From: a virus
Lineage: Duplodnaviria > Heunggongvirae > Uroviricota > Caudoviricetes
Strand: one strand, 5' to 3'
Length of the DNA: 64,000 bases
Virus record (IMG/VR): IMGVR_UViG_3300014932_000131
Shown piece by piece: positions 49,911 through 60,127 of the stretch. The translations under genes and the position numbers were made by a program. Positions within the stretch are counted from its first letter, which is position 1. Each line of letters opens with the position of its first letter. The notes beneath the pieces are model-generated. The model was not told where the DNA came from. It did not search any database and worked only from the letters and a program-made list of their open reading frames with translations.

Positions 49911-50875
49911 ATCGATGCTAATTTTTTGCTTTTCAATTTGCCTTCTAATGTTAATAACGCATCTTGGTTATCTTCATCTATTAAGAACTTCACTAAATCC
50001 TCTTCATCTTTAGCTATCTCATTTTCTCCTTCAGTAATTTTACCATTAGGTTTTACACGATATATAGAGTGAGTTATAGCTTGTTTTACTAAATCTTTAA
50101 TATGGAGTAAGTTTTCCTTCATGTCTGCAAACTGGCCAAATACCTGTACAGGATTTAAACCTTGATGTTTACCATTCTTGAATTCTGTTTGTTTTAATAG
50201 GTTATCCACTTGATTATATACCATGTCTTCTCTAGAATCTTCACTTACTGGTAATCCTAATAATCTAGCCACCTTACGTTTCTTCTCTGCAGACATTGCA
50301 TCAAACTTAATAATAGCTCTATTTATTAATTGCTTCTTCTTAAATATCACTGCATTTTCAATCTCATCATCTGCTACATAGAATTGTGTATCTGCTGGAT
50401 ATTCACCACGCTCCCAAGCTTGATAGCTAGAAGCAATTGTTGGATGAACTCTTAACCAAGCAAAGGCTAATTCTTGAGATGGATTACTAAAATCAAAATA
50501 GTTATCACCATCTAATAATTTAACAGCTTGCACATGTAACATGTCATCTGAAGAAGTTGATAAACCATAGTTCCAAAATTGAGATCTTGGACCTAAATCA
50601 ATATCACCTAAAGCAGCTTCTAATCTTTTACGTAAATTAGTAACTCTTTCAATTTCTAACTCTCTTTCAGTTGGATCTTGTATTCTTCTGATGTATGCAG
50701 CACTAGCATCTAAGCCTGTTCTGTACTGTCCATCAAGTTCTTTATAAGGATACTTAAAAACTCCTGTACCAGGAATTCTTGTAAAGCCTTTAAGAGCAAG
50801 TCCACCTTGCATAGTTTGTAACTGAGAATTGTTATACTCCTTCTTTAAAGTGGAGATTTTTCCTATCTTACCCAT
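49907..50875 (-). CDS. hypothetical structural protein, 322 aa
   Basis: Complete ORF following the MCP/HNH region. Confidence 0.5.
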   Translation of the reverse strand: MGKIGKISTLKKEYNNSQLQTMQGGLALKGFTRIPGTGVFKYPYKELDGQYRTGLDASAAYIRRIQDPTERELEIERVTNLRKRLEAALGDIDLGPRSQFWNYGLSTSSDDMLHVQAVKLLDGDNYFDFSNPSQELAFAWLRVHPTIASSYQAWERGEYPADTQFYVADDEIENAVIFKKKQLINRAIIKFDAMSAEKKRKVARLLGLPVSEDSREDMVYNQVDNLLKQTEFKNGKHQGLNPVQVFGQFADMKENLLHIKDLVKQAITHSIYRVKPNGKITEGENEIAKDEEDLVKFLIDEDNQDALLTLEGKLKSKKLASI

Positions 50876-50878
50876 TTT

Positions 50879-51217
50879 TTATGTAGTTTTTGTTTGGTTT
50901 ATAAAAAGTTGATTTCTTCTTTCAATTGTTTTAATTCTATGACAATTTGCACATCTCACTTCACATTTATTTATCTCACTTGTTAGTCTTTCTAAAGACC
51001 ATGCATTATTTACTGCATGAGATATGTTTCCTTCTTTATCATCATTTATGTGGTCAAATTCTAGAACTCTTATATCTGTGTTTCCACAGTCTACACAAGG
51101 ATGATTATTTAAGTAATCAGTTACAAATTCTCTGTTTCTCTTTTTACAAACCTCTCTAGAACTACTTCTATTGAGTTTTATAGATTCTTCTTTATTTACA
51201 GATCTGTACCTACCCAT
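50879..51217 (-). CDS. HNH endonuclease (classic C-x2-C ... H-N-H ... C-x2-C-H zinc-finger type)
   Basis: CVDCGNTD...EFDHI...NN...CANCHRIKT. The start is probably the internal Met MGRYRS at 51217; the 51268 start in the ORF track would run through the upstream hairpin. Confidence 0.75.
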   Translation of the reverse strand: MGRYRSVNKEESIKLNRSSSREVCKKRNREFVTDYLNNHPCVDCGNTDIRVLEFDHINDDKEGNISHAVNNAWSLERLTSEINKCEVRCANCHRIKTIERRNQLFINQTKTT

Positions 51218-51237
51218 ATGTAGTTTTATTTGCAGAT

Positions 51238-51257
51238 GGTTCCCATCGAAGGGAACA
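51238..51257 (-). promoter_or_regulatory. Hairpin GTTCCC-ATCGAA-GGGAAC between the MCP terminator and the HNH start
   Basis: 6-7 bp perfect inverted repeat. Confidence 0.4.
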
Positions 51258-51302
51258 CTGTACAGCATTTACTTGTACATGTCCATCTGTGATTGTGAGA
51301 AG

Positions 51303-51329
51303 ACTCCCCCACTTTTGATGAGTGGGGGG
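51303..51329 (-). terminator. GC-rich hairpin (CCCCCACT-N7-AGTGGGGG) about 55 nt downstream of the major capsid gene
   Basis: 8-9 bp GC stem in a ~30% GC genome. Weak U-tract (UCUUCU) on the minus-strand RNA. The position suggests a terminator or RNA-stability element that raises MCP stoichiometry. Confidence 0.5.
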
Positions 51330-51381
51330 CAATTCTTCTCGGTATTTGTAGAGCATTAGTTCTAACCTTTGCCCTAGATTT

Positions 51382-52935
51382 TTAGAATTGTGGTATTTCT
51401 TCAATCAAGACTGTACGAGACAAATCTTCAATAAATACATCACAACGATCTTTCATCCATAATTCATAACCAGGGAATTTGTTTGCAGAACTCATACCTT
51501 GAGACTTAGCAAAGCCTAAGTGGTGACGAGTACCATCAATATAACCCCAAGTCATAGAAGGTGCACCCTTCATTCTTACCTCACGGATATTGTTAACCAT
51601 AGAACCATCAGACATTGGAGATACATCAAACACCATAAATACTGGAGTTGATTTCTTGTTTTGTCCAAATTCTAAGTTAGTTTGAGGCAAGTCTAATTCT
51701 TTCAAGTGAATAAGTTCAACACGACCAGTCTCACGAGTTACCATTGCATCAAATGCAAAGTTGTAAGTGATATGTTGTCCTTCTCCTTGCATGTAACGAT
51801 TACCAGAATCAGCCATGAAAGTTAAACCAGAATTTAATGCATCATTCTTCAAAGCTTGTTGGAATACATCGAAACCAGCTTCATTAGTGTACATTTTAAC
51901 TCTACGATCTTTAACATCCACACGTCTGTAGAACAAATCACCAAACACAGAACGAATCAAGTTTGCAGTGAATTCTCCACGGTTGTACTGAACTAAGTTA
52001 CCGTTATTTCTCATTCTGTGGTAAACACCAGCAGAAGTTCTCTTCAATTCTTGCTTAGAACCATTAGTTTTAACGGTACCTGGTTTAGCCCAGATCATAC
52101 GCTTAACTTTTAATTCTAACATAGATTTACGCATCCAGAACTCAATAAATGGTTCCCATTTAACATCATTACGAGTTAAAGGTAATTGGTTACGTCTTTG
52201 AGGAGCATATACCAAAATATCTAAAGGCTTACCAGAAGCATCTCTCATCATTTTATCATCAGCCCACTCAGTGATTTTGTGCTCATAACCATATGCAGAA
52301 CCTAAAGATTCAAACATTGTGATTTGCTCACCCAAACGAGGAAGACCTAATAAATCTTGATCAAACTCACCGATAGCAGCATCAACCAATTCTAATTCGA
52401 TACCAATTCTTAAAAAGATAGGGCTTACGAAATCAACAACTGGATTGTCTGTAACCAAAGTGAAAGTGTATAAGTAACCAACGTTCCAAGGTTGAGGATC
52501 TTTAGTTACATAGAAACGAGGACCATACTGACGAGTACCTACAGACACGATTGCATTCTTAGAGAATTCGTTAGTGTCAATAATCAATTGAAACTCTTGA
52601 CCATCGATACCTGGCTTAACCAAGTCTAATGTAGTTTGAGGGATGTCAATGATTTTAGGGAATTTGTACGGAACTTGTACTTGCCACTTCCAAGCATCAC
52701 TATTATTATCAATATAGTAAGGAGTGCTCTTGTTAATCATGTCCAAGAAGTCATTACTGTAAAGAGAACTCTGAGTGTAAAGGCTTATGATTTTCTTATC
52801 ATAATCTGCTGGCTCAGTAGAGTGAAAGCTTTCCAAGTGGTTAGAATCTGTTAATTTACCTACAGCACGCTTGTCCATAGAAGCGACTCTAGCATAGGTA
52901 AAACCAGTTAAACCTGGAATTGTTTGAATTGCCAT
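51382..52935 (-). CDS. Major capsid protein (517 aa)
   Basis: Lies directly after the scaffold gene and before a strong hairpin. Size and composition fit a large HK97-fold MCP. Upstream is A/T-only with no SD. Confidence 0.7.
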   Translation of the reverse strand: MAIQTIPGLTGFTYARVASMDKRAVGKLTDSNHLESFHSTEPADYDKKIISLYTQSSLYSNDFLDMINKSTPYYIDNNSDAWKWQVQVPYKFPKIIDIPQTTLDLVKPGIDGQEFQLIIDTNEFSKNAIVSVGTRQYGPRFYVTKDPQPWNVGYLYTFTLVTDNPVVDFVSPIFLRIGIELELVDAAIGEFDQDLLGLPRLGEQITMFESLGSAYGYEHKITEWADDKMMRDASGKPLDILVYAPQRRNQLPLTRNDVKWEPFIEFWMRKSMLELKVKRMIWAKPGTVKTNGSKQELKRTSAGVYHRMRNNGNLVQYNRGEFTANLIRSVFGDLFYRRVDVKDRRVKMYTNEAGFDVFQQALKNDALNSGLTFMADSGNRYMQGEGQHITYNFAFDAMVTRETGRVELIHLKELDLPQTNLEFGQNKKSTPVFMVFDVSPMSDGSMVNNIREVRMKGAPSMTWGYIDGTRHHLGFAKSQGMSSANKFPGYELWMKDRCDVFIEDLSRTVLIEEIPQF

Positions 52936-52972
52936 TTTTTTATTGTTTTAAATTTTTTAATTTATATTTGTA

Positions 52973-54256
52973 TTATACAAACCAAGAGTTAGAAGTTGCT
53001 GATGTTTTACTTCCTGATTTGATTGCACTCTTCTGAGCTTGTCTAGCCACCTCACCAAATAACTCGTTGGACTTTTTGGTAAGACCTGTCTTTTGAATGG
53101 TAGATAATGTAGGATCTTTTTCTAATATCTTTAGTAAAAGTCCCACCTTAACTTTCTTCTCATGATTCTCAGGTCTCTTTAGGTCTAGGATAGTACGATC
53201 AAACTCTGTAAGCATTTCTCCTGTAGGAGTTTTGTATCTATCTGTAACCAGGAAATCTTGTAGTTCACCAGCAAGTTTTGGGTTCAAAGGAATACCATCA
53301 AACTCTTTAGCCTTCAATTTATCTTGAAGAACATTTTGAATATTAGCAGTGTATTGTTGCTTATATTGAGCTTGTTGTTGTAATTGTACTTCCCTTTGTT
53401 GCTCAAGTTCTTGAAGCTTTGCAGCTTCCCTTTTAACTAAAACCTTGTGATGCTTTGTAGCAACTGATTCAAGGTCTCCGTAGTTTTTAAGTCTTTCAAC
53501 TTCAGTTGTAACATCCTCAGGCTCAAAGCCTTGATCAACTAAAGCTTGTTTTAACACTGCAATTTGATTCGCCTCTTGAGTTAGGTCCATCTCAGTGAAT
53601 GACTGTATTTTATTAAATGTGCCAAAATAGTCTGCAGGTTTAACCCCTTTTACAAATATGGCATCAAATGCATTTTGATAATCTTCTCCGTATTGACCAA
53701 TGAAGTTATTTACTACTTCAATAGCTCCTTTCTTTTTCTCAGAGTTGAAACGCTCTAAGAATTGTTCAGGAGTTGTAATTGGTTCTTCATCCTCATCATC
53801 TTCTTTTGAAAAGACACCTAATTTGAATAAATCTTTAGATAAAGAACTAAAAGTTGATTCAGCAGGAGTATCTCCTTCTTCCTCATTATCCTTGTTTTCC
53901 TCGGTAGTTGATTCAGCTTTAGGAGCTTTAGTTTTTGTAGGAGCAGAAGTTGCTTCTTCCTCTTCATCTTCTTTATCATCTCCTAAAAGGAAATCTTGAA
54001 GTGATTTAGTTGCTTCTTCTTTCTTTTCACTATCAGTTTCTGCTGCAGGAGCATCCTTTTTAGAAGGAGCTTGTTTTGCTGGTGCAGGTTCTGTAGTTTT
54101 ATCAGGAGTATTAATGTCCTGAATATCATCTGGATTAGTTGTTGAGGTTTCTGGACCCATTAAGTCGTTTAACAACTCTTGGTTTCCCATTCCCATTTCC
54201 ATAGTATCTTGAATACTAAAGTTACCAAATGATTGGTTATCTAAATTCTCAGCCAT
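52973..54256 (-). CDS. Scaffolding protein (acidic, coiled-coil, 427 aa)
   Basis: Highly acidic (poly-D/E) with a Q-rich coiled-coil KLQELEQQREVQLQQQAQYKQQ; located between portal and MCP. Confidence 0.65.
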   Translation of the reverse strand: MAENLDNQSFGNFSIQDTMEMGMGNQELLNDLMGPETSTTNPDDIQDINTPDKTTEPAPAKQAPSKKDAPAAETDSEKKEEATKSLQDFLLGDDKEDEEEEATSAPTKTKAPKAESTTEENKDNEEEGDTPAESTFSSLSKDLFKLGVFSKEDDEDEEPITTPEQFLERFNSEKKKGAIEVVNNFIGQYGEDYQNAFDAIFVKGVKPADYFGTFNKIQSFTEMDLTQEANQIAVLKQALVDQGFEPEDVTTEVERLKNYGDLESVATKHHKVLVKREAAKLQELEQQREVQLQQQAQYKQQYTANIQNVLQDKLKAKEFDGIPLNPKLAGELQDFLVTDRYKTPTGEMLTEFDRTILDLKRPENHEKKVKVGLLLKILEKDPTLSTIQKTGLTKKSNELFGEVARQAQKSAIKSGSKTSATSNSWFV

Positions 54257-54375
54257 ATGTAGTTGTATTTATTTGGTTTTCAAGTGTAAAAGTATACTAA
54301 GTTAAATTAATAGCAAAGAGATAGAACACTATATTGCTTGATATTCAGGATAATATAGCATTAATGTTTTTTACT

Positions 54376-54906
54376 CTAATCTAATTTATTAAGAAAGTTG
54401 TCATTTATGAGCCTATAACTTCTAATTGGAGCAAGATCTGTAAGGGTAACTTGTTGAACCTCAACTCCCCACTTCCTAGCTTCCACCCTTACTTTTTTAG
54501 TTAAAGCATTATCAAGTTCCACATCTGTACATTCATCTAATGTCATAGACATAATAACATTTTTTATAATACTTTGAGACATATCTGATATAGCATCTTG
54601 GGCATCAAACACCTCAAGAAGGAATATTTTAACATCTGCTATCTTATATTTCACTAATCCCTTTGCCACTATATTCTGCTTATCCTTTGTGTATAATGAC
54701 TGAGCTGATAAACTCAATGTTGTAACAACAACATGCTGATCTATCACCTCATCAAACATAGGTATTTTAAAGTGTAACCCAGGTTTGAGTACCCTTTTAA
54801 AGATACCAAACCTAAGTAATACAGCTTCTTCATAAGCTCTGATTATAACTATTGGCTTTATTTCCATCCACCAATTGGTTAATAGTTCAACCAGTTTATC
54901 AAACAT
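54376..54906 (-). CDS. SPFH/Band-7 (stomatin/prohibitin-like) domain protein, 176 aa
   Basis: IIRAYEEAVLLRFGIFKRVLKPGLHFKIPMFDEV...YTKDKQNIVAKGLVKYKIADV...SQSIIKNVIMSMTLDECTD...RKWGVEVQQVTLTDL aligns motif-by-motif with the stomatin/HflC SPFH cores (..GPGLFF.LPF.. ITKDNV.V.V.AVVYFRV.D ... SQTTLRSVIG...LDELL...WGIKV..VEIKD). Confidence 0.7.
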   Translation of the reverse strand: MFDKLVELLTNWWMEIKPIVIIRAYEEAVLLRFGIFKRVLKPGLHFKIPMFDEVIDQHVVVTTLSLSAQSLYTKDKQNIVAKGLVKYKIADVKIFLLEVFDAQDAISDMSQSIIKNVIMSMTLDECTDVELDNALTKKVRVEARKWGVEVQQVTLTDLAPIRSYRLINDNFLNKLD

Positions 54907-54908
54907 AA

Positions 54909-57488
54909 CTATTTAGTTTTACTTCTACCTTTAGCATTAATTTTAGCTATTTCTATATCGTCTTTGTGATTCTTTCTTTCATTATCTAATTTCTCTCTTT
55001 CAACCTTAAGCTTTTCCATGGCTATATTATTCTTACTTTGAATATCTATCATCTTAGTTCTATAATCATTAGAAGCTTTTGTTTGTTCATTTGCTAACCT
55101 GTTAGTTTCTAATATATCAGGAACACCATTTTGATTTACATCTAATGGCACCTTCTCTCTACCCTCAGCTTGAATAGTAGCAATCTCTTGTTTACTAATT
55201 CTATCCAATTCTTTTTGATAGTTATCATTAGCCATTTGCTCTTGTTGTTGTCTTTGAGCTTCTTGGATTTGAGCATCAGTAGCATATCTTTGTTGATCAA
55301 TCTCTTGTTGCTTCTGTTGCATTTGTTGTTGTTGAATAGTATCTTGCTTCTCTTTAAGATCTTTAAATACTTTCTTCATCTGACGAACAGAGTTAGTGCT
55401 GTATAACTCAATGATATCATATAAGCTTCCACCATTCTGAATAACAGCTTGAGATAATCCTCTAATTTCTTCAAACATCTTCTTATCTTCTGGTCTGTTA
55501 GTTAAGAATACTTTTAAGTCTCTGAATTTCAAGTCATTACCATTCACAGAAACAAAAGCAGAGTCTCCTCTAGATGTAACATAAGAAATTGTAGATTGTG
55601 GTTTAGAACTTTCTACATATTGAGCAGCATCAATAATAGCTTGATAAAGCTGACCTAATATATATTCATGAGCTACAAATAAAGGTTCTGTTTGAGAATA
55701 ACTTTGTTGAATAGCTGTATTGGTTCCTGTGGCTGATTCACTAGCTGATACAGAACCAAGTCTTTGCTTAGACATACCAATTAATTCCCAACACTCATTC
55801 TTTAATTGCATAGCAAGTGTATAACGAGATTGAATCTCCTGAGTACGTGTCATATCAATATCTCTGAACTGATTGAAACTAGAAGGACTCTTCAAATTCT
55901 CAGGACTATCATCTATAAATACAACTCCTCTATTACGAGCTTCCATTTCCCAAATGTCTAATGCATCTTGAGCATCACCATCCTTAGGAATAGGAATGTG
56001 TCTAATAGACATAAGCTGAACCTTACCTACCTCTTTCTCAAGAAGTTTATAAAGCTGGTTCATACATACATTATATAATACTTGGAAAGGTTTCATAAGA
56101 TCTACCAAGCTCTTAGCTTCTGTATTCTTCACCTCATGAATCAATCCTATAATAGGACAATAATCTAATAATTTGTATGGTTTAATATTGTAGATGTCTG
56201 GACCAATCTTAACTCCTTGGTACCATTGGTTAATCCATCCCCATTCTAATGATACTTGTGTAGGGATAGTTCCTGATTTGTAATCTTCATCTACAAGTAA
56301 TGATTGCTCATTACCCATTTCATCTGTATAGATAAGTTTACCTATCTTCTTCTTAGAAATCCAATAAGCTCTTACAGTTACATACTTATAACCAAAACTA
56401 CTAACGTTTGACGTTAACCCTAAAAAGTCTTGTAATCCATCATTGTTCTCTTTCATTTCAGATTCAATGATCATTCTAGTTTGTAGAACTAATGGATCAT
56501 ATGTATCATATTGTACAGAGTCAATACCTGGTGTAGCATTAGGGTTACCTAAATTAGATTCACGTACATTAATCAATCCATAATCTTGTAGTGAACTTCT
56601 TAGGTGATCTATCTCATCTTTAGTTAAGTCAGGAAATGTTTCAATGATTTCAGATAGCTCCATAACTTGTACAATACCAGCAGCATATGCTCCTTGTGCT
56701 CTACCTGTAGGATCTGAAATCCATTTTCTATCTGGAGTAGTTAAGAACCAAGTGTTTTTAGGATTGGCTACCTCTACATTAAATCCTAGTTTAGAGTTGT
56801 CCTCATAGATATGATAAAACTCTCTAGAAGATATTAATAAATCTCTGAATGCATCTTCTGATTTCTCCTTCATTACAAACTCAGCTTTCTGAGATGTAAG
56901 TATATGATTAGCCCATTTCTCAGCTACAGATGTGTAAGAATCAAGTTCATCCTTCACCTCATTTAATGTCATCTTTTGAATATCTTCATCACTAAGTTCT
57001 TCTCCTTTTAATGCAGCATCTTGTTGAATCTTTTCTCTAGCTTGACCAATAACATAATCCTGAAGAATTTTTGTTTTGAATTCTAGCTCTTCTGATTGAC
57101 TATCAGAATCAAATGCTTTCACTCTGAAAGAATCTGGTCTTTTACTAATCTCTCCAACTAACTCATTTAATGGTGTAGTGATGATTGAATACATCTTTAC
57201 ATATGCTGGAAGCTGTAAATCTGATGTAAGAACATCAGTGAAGCTTCTAACCTGTGGCTCTTGATAAAAGTCTTCCATACGTAGAATACCTTTTACCAAA
57301 TCATAGTTTTTAACAAATGTATCTCTATTCTTTACATATTCAGCATAAGCTCTATTTGCAAAGTAGTCCATTGTATTCTTAACCCAACTCTCATCTTGCT
57401 TCTCCTTATCAGTCTTGAACTGATCAGGGAAGATGTTTAAATATGCATACCTTATGGTAGCGTCTTTAGTATACCTTATAATTGCCAT
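54909..57488 (-). CDS. Portal protein (859 aa)
   Basis: Immediately downstream of the large terminase (TAATG overlap); large size; Gln/Lys-rich coiled C-terminus. Confidence 0.7.
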   Translation of the reverse strand: MAIIRYTKDATIRYAYLNIFPDQFKTDKEKQDESWVKNTMDYFANRAYAEYVKNRDTFVKNYDLVKGILRMEDFYQEPQVRSFTDVLTSDLQLPAYVKMYSIITTPLNELVGEISKRPDSFRVKAFDSDSQSEELEFKTKILQDYVIGQAREKIQQDAALKGEELSDEDIQKMTLNEVKDELDSYTSVAEKWANHILTSQKAEFVMKEKSEDAFRDLLISSREFYHIYEDNSKLGFNVEVANPKNTWFLTTPDRKWISDPTGRAQGAYAAGIVQVMELSEIIETFPDLTKDEIDHLRSSLQDYGLINVRESNLGNPNATPGIDSVQYDTYDPLVLQTRMIIESEMKENNDGLQDFLGLTSNVSSFGYKYVTVRAYWISKKKIGKLIYTDEMGNEQSLLVDEDYKSGTIPTQVSLEWGWINQWYQGVKIGPDIYNIKPYKLLDYCPIIGLIHEVKNTEAKSLVDLMKPFQVLYNVCMNQLYKLLEKEVGKVQLMSIRHIPIPKDGDAQDALDIWEMEARNRGVVFIDDSPENLKSPSSFNQFRDIDMTRTQEIQSRYTLAMQLKNECWELIGMSKQRLGSVSASESATGTNTAIQQSYSQTEPLFVAHEYILGQLYQAIIDAAQYVESSKPQSTISYVTSRGDSAFVSVNGNDLKFRDLKVFLTNRPEDKKMFEEIRGLSQAVIQNGGSLYDIIELYSTNSVRQMKKVFKDLKEKQDTIQQQQMQQKQQEIDQQRYATDAQIQEAQRQQQEQMANDNYQKELDRISKQEIATIQAEGREKVPLDVNQNGVPDILETNRLANEQTKASNDYRTKMIDIQSKNNIAMEKLKVEREKLDNERKNHKDDIEIAKINAKGRSKTK

Positions 57489-59524
57489 TATGTAAACAAT
57501 TTATTTTTATGTTTTCTAGGAGTTCTTCCAAACATTCCTCCTCTTGATTCTGTAAATAATACATTTCCTTTCTTCTTTGTGAACATTGCTTTCACTCTTT
57601 CATCACCTGATCCTCCCACCTTTCCAATGATTGGGTCCATCTTAACTGCTTGAGCAATAGCTAGTTCTGCAGCAATAATACGGTCAAAGTTACCTGAATC
57701 ATTATATTGTATAATTTCTTCTAACAATACAGGATCAAATATTTTATTCACTCCTAATGTTTCTCTTATCACCACACCATTCTCATCCTTCTCTATATGT
57801 ATTGCTTCTTCCATATACTTCTTTAAACAAGTGTGAAGATAGTCAATTATTTTCTGACTTGAACGATGAATTCCATAATCTCTTTTTACAGTGGTATTTG
57901 GAACAATTTCTTTAAGCCAATCAGGTTGTCTCTCTAAATAATGTGCATCTCCCTTACTCTTCATATATTCAATAAAAGATATATCATCATTCTCACAAAG
58001 TGTACGTGCATTATAATATTTAATAAGAAGTCTAGCTTGGTCATTCCAATGATCCTTATTATCTGGTCTTGCACAATAAGAAGCTACAAACATATCTTGA
58101 TACTTCTCACCTGTTATATCATGCATTCGTTTATAAATATAAACTGCTCCCAAAGAGGAGCTATATGCTGATTGTCCTTGTCTATAAGGATCGACTCCTG
58201 CTACATACAATCCATATGCTGGATTTTGTATTGGGAATTCATATATAATAACAGGGGCATCTTTATTATCACTATTCTTTAAAGGGAAGTTTGTAATAGG
58301 TAGTTTGTCTGTAAACTCATGCTTTACACCTTCTTCTTCTAGAATTAGAATAACAGGAGTTCCTGTTCTTTCTTGTTGTTGAAGTCTAAACTTCTGTCTC
58401 TTAGCTGATTCAATATCAAAGATGTTAGTATCCTCATTTAAAAATATATCATCTACTTCTTGTGGATAATACATCTTCTCTTTTAAATAAGCCACTCTAT
58501 CTCCAGCTTTCTTAAGTCTTTCTAAGTTTCTATTAGTAATCTCTGTAGCTTTTTCTGCATTAGATACTAACATTTTTATATTATGTAATTGAGAATCAGC
58601 AGGTTCTTTTAAGAATGCTCCAAGTGTAGATTCCTCCTTTGCCTCCATTCTATACTTATGATTGATAAATAATCCATGTATACGTTTATCATCTTTCTCA
58701 TTATTATATGTAAGGAAATTAAAGTTCTCGACATCAAACATTAGAGACTTAGCATCCATAAATTTCTTCATATCACCACCAGTACCAGTAAGAATTGGAG
58801 AACATCCCCAACCATAGGGTGTAGTGAAACCTGGAATAGCTGCTTGTAAACCTCTAAGAAAATTTCCTTTACCAATCTCATCTATAATTAATTTACGTGG
58901 TTTTGTACCTGCAATTGCCTCTTCATTATTACCTTCATCAAGGTTACGAATTAGAATAGAAGAAAATGGAATACGTTCACCACTCTTGGTTTTAATACCT
59001 AAAGTGATTTGGTTCTTCCAGTTATCTTCAATCCTCTGCCATCTCCAGTATTCAGGAATGAAATTCAAACCCTTATCAATCTTATCTGTAATAAGTTTAA
59101 TATCTGGAGCATTCAAACCAGCAATGATGTTTTGGCTATTTTCATCAAATGTGGCTCCCCATGCTATATAACTAGCTTCAATAACGGACTTAGCAAAACG
59201 TCTAATACCTAGAATGACTAAGCCCCTTTTATCTTGCTGAGCTCTGTCAATTTCGTTTGTTACAATCCATTCATTATCACGTAGAAAGGGATTGGCATAT
59301 TTTTGTGATATTCTTCCACGCTCATCAATCACATCCACTTCTGTATGCCATATATTTAGATGCCAATATAAAAAGGGGTTAATATAAACCCCATCCATCA
59401 TAGCACCATTTAAACATAATTCTTTATGGAAATCAAAGAATGGTTTACACTCCTGAGAGTCTTTATCAGGAATACGCTTCTGATTAATAAACCAGTCTTT
59501 GTAATCTATATTCTGTAGTTCCAT
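57488..59524 (-). CDS. Terminase large subunit (678 aa)
   Basis: Deviant Walker-A LVILGIRRFAKS (compare T4 gp17 SRQLGKT); C-terminal Asp-containing nuclease-like region (YVAGVDPY); upstream of portal. Confidence 0.8.
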   Translation of the reverse strand: MELQNIDYKDWFINQKRIPDKDSQECKPFFDFHKELCLNGAMMDGVYINPFLYWHLNIWHTEVDVIDERGRISQKYANPFLRDNEWIVTNEIDRAQQDKRGLVILGIRRFAKSVIEASYIAWGATFDENSQNIIAGLNAPDIKLITDKIDKGLNFIPEYWRWQRIEDNWKNQITLGIKTKSGERIPFSSILIRNLDEGNNEEAIAGTKPRKLIIDEIGKGNFLRGLQAAIPGFTTPYGWGCSPILTGTGGDMKKFMDAKSLMFDVENFNFLTYNNEKDDKRIHGLFINHKYRMEAKEESTLGAFLKEPADSQLHNIKMLVSNAEKATEITNRNLERLKKAGDRVAYLKEKMYYPQEVDDIFLNEDTNIFDIESAKRQKFRLQQQERTGTPVILILEEEGVKHEFTDKLPITNFPLKNSDNKDAPVIIYEFPIQNPAYGLYVAGVDPYRQGQSAYSSSLGAVYIYKRMHDITGEKYQDMFVASYCARPDNKDHWNDQARLLIKYYNARTLCENDDISFIEYMKSKGDAHYLERQPDWLKEIVPNTTVKRDYGIHRSSQKIIDYLHTCLKKYMEEAIHIEKDENGVVIRETLGVNKIFDPVLLEEIIQYNDSGNFDRIIAAELAIAQAVKMDPIIGKVGGSGDERVKAMFTKKKGNVLFTESRGGMFGRTPRKHKNKLFT

Positions 59525-59856
59525 TATTTTCTGTTCTTTAAGAACTCACTGGCTTGACCCCCTAGTTCTCCTTTACCTCTAACCTCCACTTTAGCTTCTT
59601 CCATACTTCTCAACTTATCAACCACCTCAACTAAAGCTAAATAGTTCTTCATAGTCTCTTGAACAAACTTACCCTGAGCTTCAATACTAGCTATTACCAT
59701 AGGTAACATTCCTCCTTTAGCTGTAGGTTTCCACTCAATCCTATCTTTTAACTCATGAAGAGGATTAGCATTAACATAAGCTTTCCATGAAACAAGCTGT
59801 TGCTCAGCCCATTCAAGCTCTGTATTTATATATGTAGTTTTCTTAATAGTTGCCAT
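59524..59856 (-). CDS. hypothetical protein (110 aa); candidate small terminase subunit by position
   Basis: Stop overlaps the TerL start (TAATG). Functional call by position only. Confidence 0.3.
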   Translation of the reverse strand: MATIKKTTYINTELEWAEQQLVSWKAYVNANPLHELKDRIEWKPTAKGGMLPMVIASIEAQGKFVQETMKNYLALVEVVDKLRSMEEAKVEVRGKGELGGQASEFLKNRK

Positions 59857-60127
59857 CTTCTTCTTCCTCTTTTAATATATTATCAAGATCCATTCCCTCT
59901 TTTATAATCTTCTCTAGTTCTTTATCATCTGTATGTGGAACATCCATTCCAATCTCAGTCTTATACTTATCTAAAGCAAAAGCTATCTCTTTATCTGTTA
60001 TTCCCCATATATCTCCATAATCACTAAGAGCTGTAGCTAAGTGTCTTCCCAAATTATATGTAGGGAAGTCCTTATGTAGTTCTTGTAATATATGAAGAGC
60101 TTGTTGGTAGTTATTCTTCTTACTCAT
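59843..60127 (-). CDS. hypothetical protein, 94 aa
   Basis: Complete ORF with overlapping start and stop with neighbours. Confidence 0.45.
   Translation of the reverse strand: MSKKNNYQQALHILQELHKDFPTYNLGRHLATALSDYGDIWGITDKEIAFALDKYKTEIGMDVPHTDDKELEKIIKEGMDLDNILKEEEEDGNY

Noticed and set aside
51210-51404. 64-aa minus-strand ORF spanning the MCP stop and the GC hairpins
   Set aside because: Overlaps the MCP 3' end and both hairpins; more parsimonious as a terminator region plus the true HNH start at 51217
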